Below are positions 59,900 to 64,000 of a stretch of DNA of 64,000 nucleotides, piece by piece. The DNA comes from Nemertoderma westbladi (Eukaryota; Animalia; Xenacoelomorpha). How positions within the stretch are numbered: position 1 is the stretch's first letter; each line of letters starts with the position of its first letter. The notes under the pieces were generated by a model that saw only the letters and a list, made by a program, of their open reading frames with translations, did not search any database and was not told the origin of the DNA. Both the position numbers and the translations under genes were made by a program. The stretch covers positions 17,126-81,125 of the forward strand of contig JAUCBJ010003535.1 of NCBI GenBank assembly GCA_032718475.1, read 5' to 3'.

Positions 59900-61665
59900 A
59901 GTTTCGACGGTGAGTATTCTTTCTGTCTTTCGATAGACAGTTCAGCAGTTCGAGAAGTACCGGTATCAGAGTATTCTTACAGACTTATCCAGGTGTCCAG
60001 TACCCTATCGCTACCGGCAAACTGGTATTCTTTCGTCTTCAGTCCTGCCTACCACAGTACCGGTACAGCGGTAGGCCTACTACTGTACTACTGTACTATA
60101 CAGTATTAGTTAAGTATTATTAAGTTATTGTATTATAGTCTACCTGCCAACTCCCGAAAATTAAGTTTAGATGGCATTTTTTGTTAATGGTTGGCATCCA
60201 CCTGATTTTTGTACTTCAAGACATGGCGAATCCGGCTAGGCCGGATGCCACCTCTGCATTTTTAATTTAATGCCTTTTTTTGGGCTTCAAAGTTTTTTGC
60301 TCAAAAATGTGTTTTCTTCAATTTTAGGATACAAGTTCATGGTGAATGCTAGTGAATCTCGTCTCATAACCAGTGTATAAATTGAAAGTTAATCAAAATG
60401 CATCAATGTTGTCCTGAAACTGTTATAAACACTTTGGTAAAGAAGAAAATTTCCGAAATTCCCTTGCAGTCCGCCAACCCGGCCCTAGTAACCGCCTTAG
60501 CAACAGATTTATGAAATTTAAATTATCAATTTCTTTGTCTCACATTTCCTTTTCCTGAGAAAATCAACAAACAGTTTTAAAAATCAAAAAACCCATCACA
60601 TAACTTATATGACATCTTGGGAACACATCAAGGGCAATATAAAATCAAATAGCGTCTAATGTCGCAGACACAGGCCCATTATTTGGACCAGAGTAATTTT
60701 CACAAGTATCAAAATATTGAGTTTAAGTGGAGAATTCGTGTACCTTTACTCAACTATTTGCTTCTATATTTGTAATTATTTTAAAATATCACTACAGCTC
60801 AGTAGCATGGTGATACTTCCCGTCATATTGTGCACATTCAGGTGACATTTACAGACCACGTTACCATAGCAACAGACCAAATAAGACAATTTAATAAGAA
60901 TTTAATTTACAGTATAACTATAATGTAGTTTTCCCTAGGCCTACCTTACCAGAGTTTGAGAGATTAAATGTAACACACGTCGCATAGCTATAACCTTCGA
61001 CTGTTAGTCAACATCCTATCGTGACTTGGGGGAATATTGTTTAATATAAATATGAATTTTAAAGTATCTCATGCGTTCATTGAGGAGACCTACAGTTAAT
61101 AGTTAACTCACTCTAAATTCTGCTAAGATATTAGTTTTGCAACAGGCAGGTACATCACACTATGCACCGTCGAGACAGGGGTTGAGCGGGGGAGGGGGCA
61201 CAAATCCCATTTCTGTTTTTATTTTGTTTTTATTTCAATTATTTTTTCTCAATGTTAAATTATCAATTTAGGGAAAGGACCAGTTTACAATGGCACGTTA
61301 TTCCAACCAAAACAATAAACGAATCTCAATAGAACAGATTGAAGTTTAATTTTTGAGAGTAATCGGGTGTTATTTGCATCGATTTTCCCCTGGAGAGGGA
61401 TCAATTTTGATTGCGTTGAAAGTAATGTAATTACAGTAACAGTAATGTTTCTTTCACTTTGAGATTGATTTTCACTATCACTTGCATCTGCCTATTATTA
61501 TTATGACTTGATGAAAATGGATGGTGACGAACATATTCCTACTATCAAAAGGAAAACTTGCCCGAATGTGGTTTGTGAAGAGACATGCATAGTATATGGA
61601 GCAAAGAAAGATGAGCCATTAAGAATTGCTTCAGTTGACGGCAAGTTAAAATTAAATGTGTCAGC

Positions 61666-64000
61666 ACTACTACTACTATTACTACTACTACTATTGGCAT
61701 GCTACATTGCAGCTGCATTATATACAGTATATTACATATATATTTAGAATGCTGTGCAGGCTTGTCGACAAAATTGCGTTGCCACAACTCTCTGGCACCC
61801 ATGACAATTGCTATATCATCCGCATCTTCAAGGCCAGTGTCCTTTAAGATGCGTCTCAAGAAAGTCATGGGTTGTCCACCATGCTTATTCACTTCATGAG
61901 GTAGCCAAAGTACAAGATAATGCACTGGCTGTTCCTCACAGTGAAAGCAATGTCCTGCAAGGCTGAGGCGGTTCCGTTCAAGTGGCAAGCTAGAGGAGAC
62001 TGATGAAACAGCTCCAATGTTGTATAGAGTCTGGTTGGAGATGTGTTCGTTGTACATAACACAATGAACCCGGCGCAGCATTCTTGAGAAGGTGCCATCC
62101 AGAGATTTGGTATCCTCTGCAGTTAGAGCCCAGCGTGGACTCCCATGGAACTACTGCTGCCAGAAATAATCGAACCTTGAGGTACCGTTTTATTATGTGG
62201 GAATTACAAATCCTGGATAGTCTATTCAATGCAGCCCATGCCTCCCCCTTACGTATCCGAAGGTCCTCACCTGAGTTTCTGATCCATGATCCCAAGTAGC
62301 AGAAGTCATCCACGTGCTCAAGCAAGCCATTCCTGGAGCTTATTCCCTTACGATCAGATATTTCTTGAGGGCTGTCTAGGTTGACTGTCATAATTTTTGT
62401 CTTCTTGGAATTTACAAAAAGACAAACACTAGAAGCAACCTCGTCTAATGAGCAGAGAAGCCTTTGGGCTACCTCTAGTGATTCTGACAGTATCCCTATA
62501 TCATCAGTAAAGTCTATATCAGTTAGGTACTTTGCTGGATTTCCTCCACTTATTGTGCCAGTAGGGGTACCATCATCCCATTTTAATAATTTTAATTTTT
62601 ATGGTCTAAGGACATGCGTAGAACACAATCAACCACAATTAAGAATTAGTATGGCACAAGTGTGTAACCCTGAAGGATTCCGCATAAGAGTTCGAATGGA
62701 TCTGTGTCACCATCAGCAGTAGACGCAAATGTGGTGGAACCATCAAACAGTGATCGGAAAGCTGCAATAATTTCCCCAGGAAACCAATGTGCTACAAGTA
62801 TGCTAAACATCCGTGGTCGGGAGACTGAGTCGAAGGCCTTAAAGAAGTCAACAAAGATAATAGCCAGATGTATGTCTTTCTTTGTTGATAACTCTTTGAT
62901 TATCCTTCTAAGTGCCAGAATAGACTTCATGTCCCACGACCTTTATGGAACCCATTTTGGTTCTCACAGGATTCCTGATGCGATTTAATAGAATTCTGTT
63001 GTATTGCTTTGCAGCAATCGAGATTAACGAGTTTCCACGAAAAGCTTTATAGGTTGTTAGGTTGCCCTTTTTTGGTGCATGGACCAACTTATATATTTTC
63101 ATTTCTTGAGGGACTATCTTTGTCCTATACATACTCAGAATAATGGGGTGACTGAGCTCTAAGCACTCAGCAATTTTAAAGACCTCAGGGGCACGCCATC
63201 TACTCCAATGGCACGATTGGTCTTCAAGCCCCTTACTGCAGTCTTAATTTCAGCAAATGAGATGTGGATATCTGTGAGCACAGAATCAGATACACGATGT
63301 ACCTCAAAGTTATCAGGCAATACCCTGTTATGTTTGGAAGCTTTTCAAAGTAGGCCTTCCAACATCCAACCATTATTGAGGAGTTCAGGAGATTCAGCAT
63401 TAACCTTGGTGGTTGGTTGGCTTTTCCTCCCAGTGAGCAGGTTTACTGATTGCTATGCCTGAGCTGATTGCCTGCTATCATCAGCGTTAATGGCATCAAC
63501 CTCGGCCCTACTTATTGATAAGCTCCTTTAGCATCCTTGTCTGTCTTCGTGTGCCCTAGTCGGCGGGACTCATTCTGCGCCATTTGAGGTCATTTCGGCA
63601 CTTCCGAATTCTGTGATCAGTGCGGGGGGGGGGGGGCTATTTCCTGTTTCGAGGATATACAGGATCTGTTTCAGCAGCTGCTAAATTAACTGCTTCTGTG
63701 AAGGCAGTATAGCCCACGCAGTGATTTGCCGCCTCAGAGGCGAGAACCTCATACCTCAACTGTAGTGTGAAGCTGGATCTCACAACTGGGCTGTTGCAAC
63801 AAAGAGGACCAGTCATTCCTTGGCAATTCTGCTAGCGTGGAGGCTAAGTCTTACCTTGGCCACAATAATAGGTAATAGCTGGATAAGGGTCGAAGTGCAA
63901 ATATACTTCAGTCTTGTACAGAATAGAGCTCCTGTATTTCCCACGAAACAGAATATGGTATATCTGGGACGTGTGACCACTTGGTCCAGTATGAGATGTA
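61666..64000 (-). mobile_element. Decayed RTE-clade LINE
   Basis: Frameshifted RT pieces (FVDFFKAFDSVSR, GILQGYTLVPY, DDFCYLGSWI, LAGHC) and a (TAG)n tail at 61666-61693. Confidence 0.88.

Overview
AT-rich, repeat-dense animal (invertebrate-like) genomic DNA, not prokaryotic. The backbone is one large + strand multi-exon gene. Its 3' exons clearly encode the winged-helix, PHD finger and bromodomain start of a ZMYND11/BS69-like chromatin reader. Phase-compatible low-complexity exons extend it upstream to at least 28.7 kb and possibly 7.7 kb, and it continues past the window. Its introns hold a young non-autonomous BEL/Pao LTR element (gag-protease only), RTE and L2 LINE fragments, SINEs, decayed transposase and helicase relics, and nests of non-autonomous DNA transposons, including several with CAGT termini and 5-bp TSDs that I cannot assign to a superfamily. 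An intronless antisense flotillin-2 gene also lies there. The most striking observation is that four 5' splice sites of this gene, three of them consecutive, are each amplified into their own tandem array (60, 20, 20 and 21 bp units). One array carries about 250 copies of the exon-end/donor junction. All calls were made by eye; no database searches were run.
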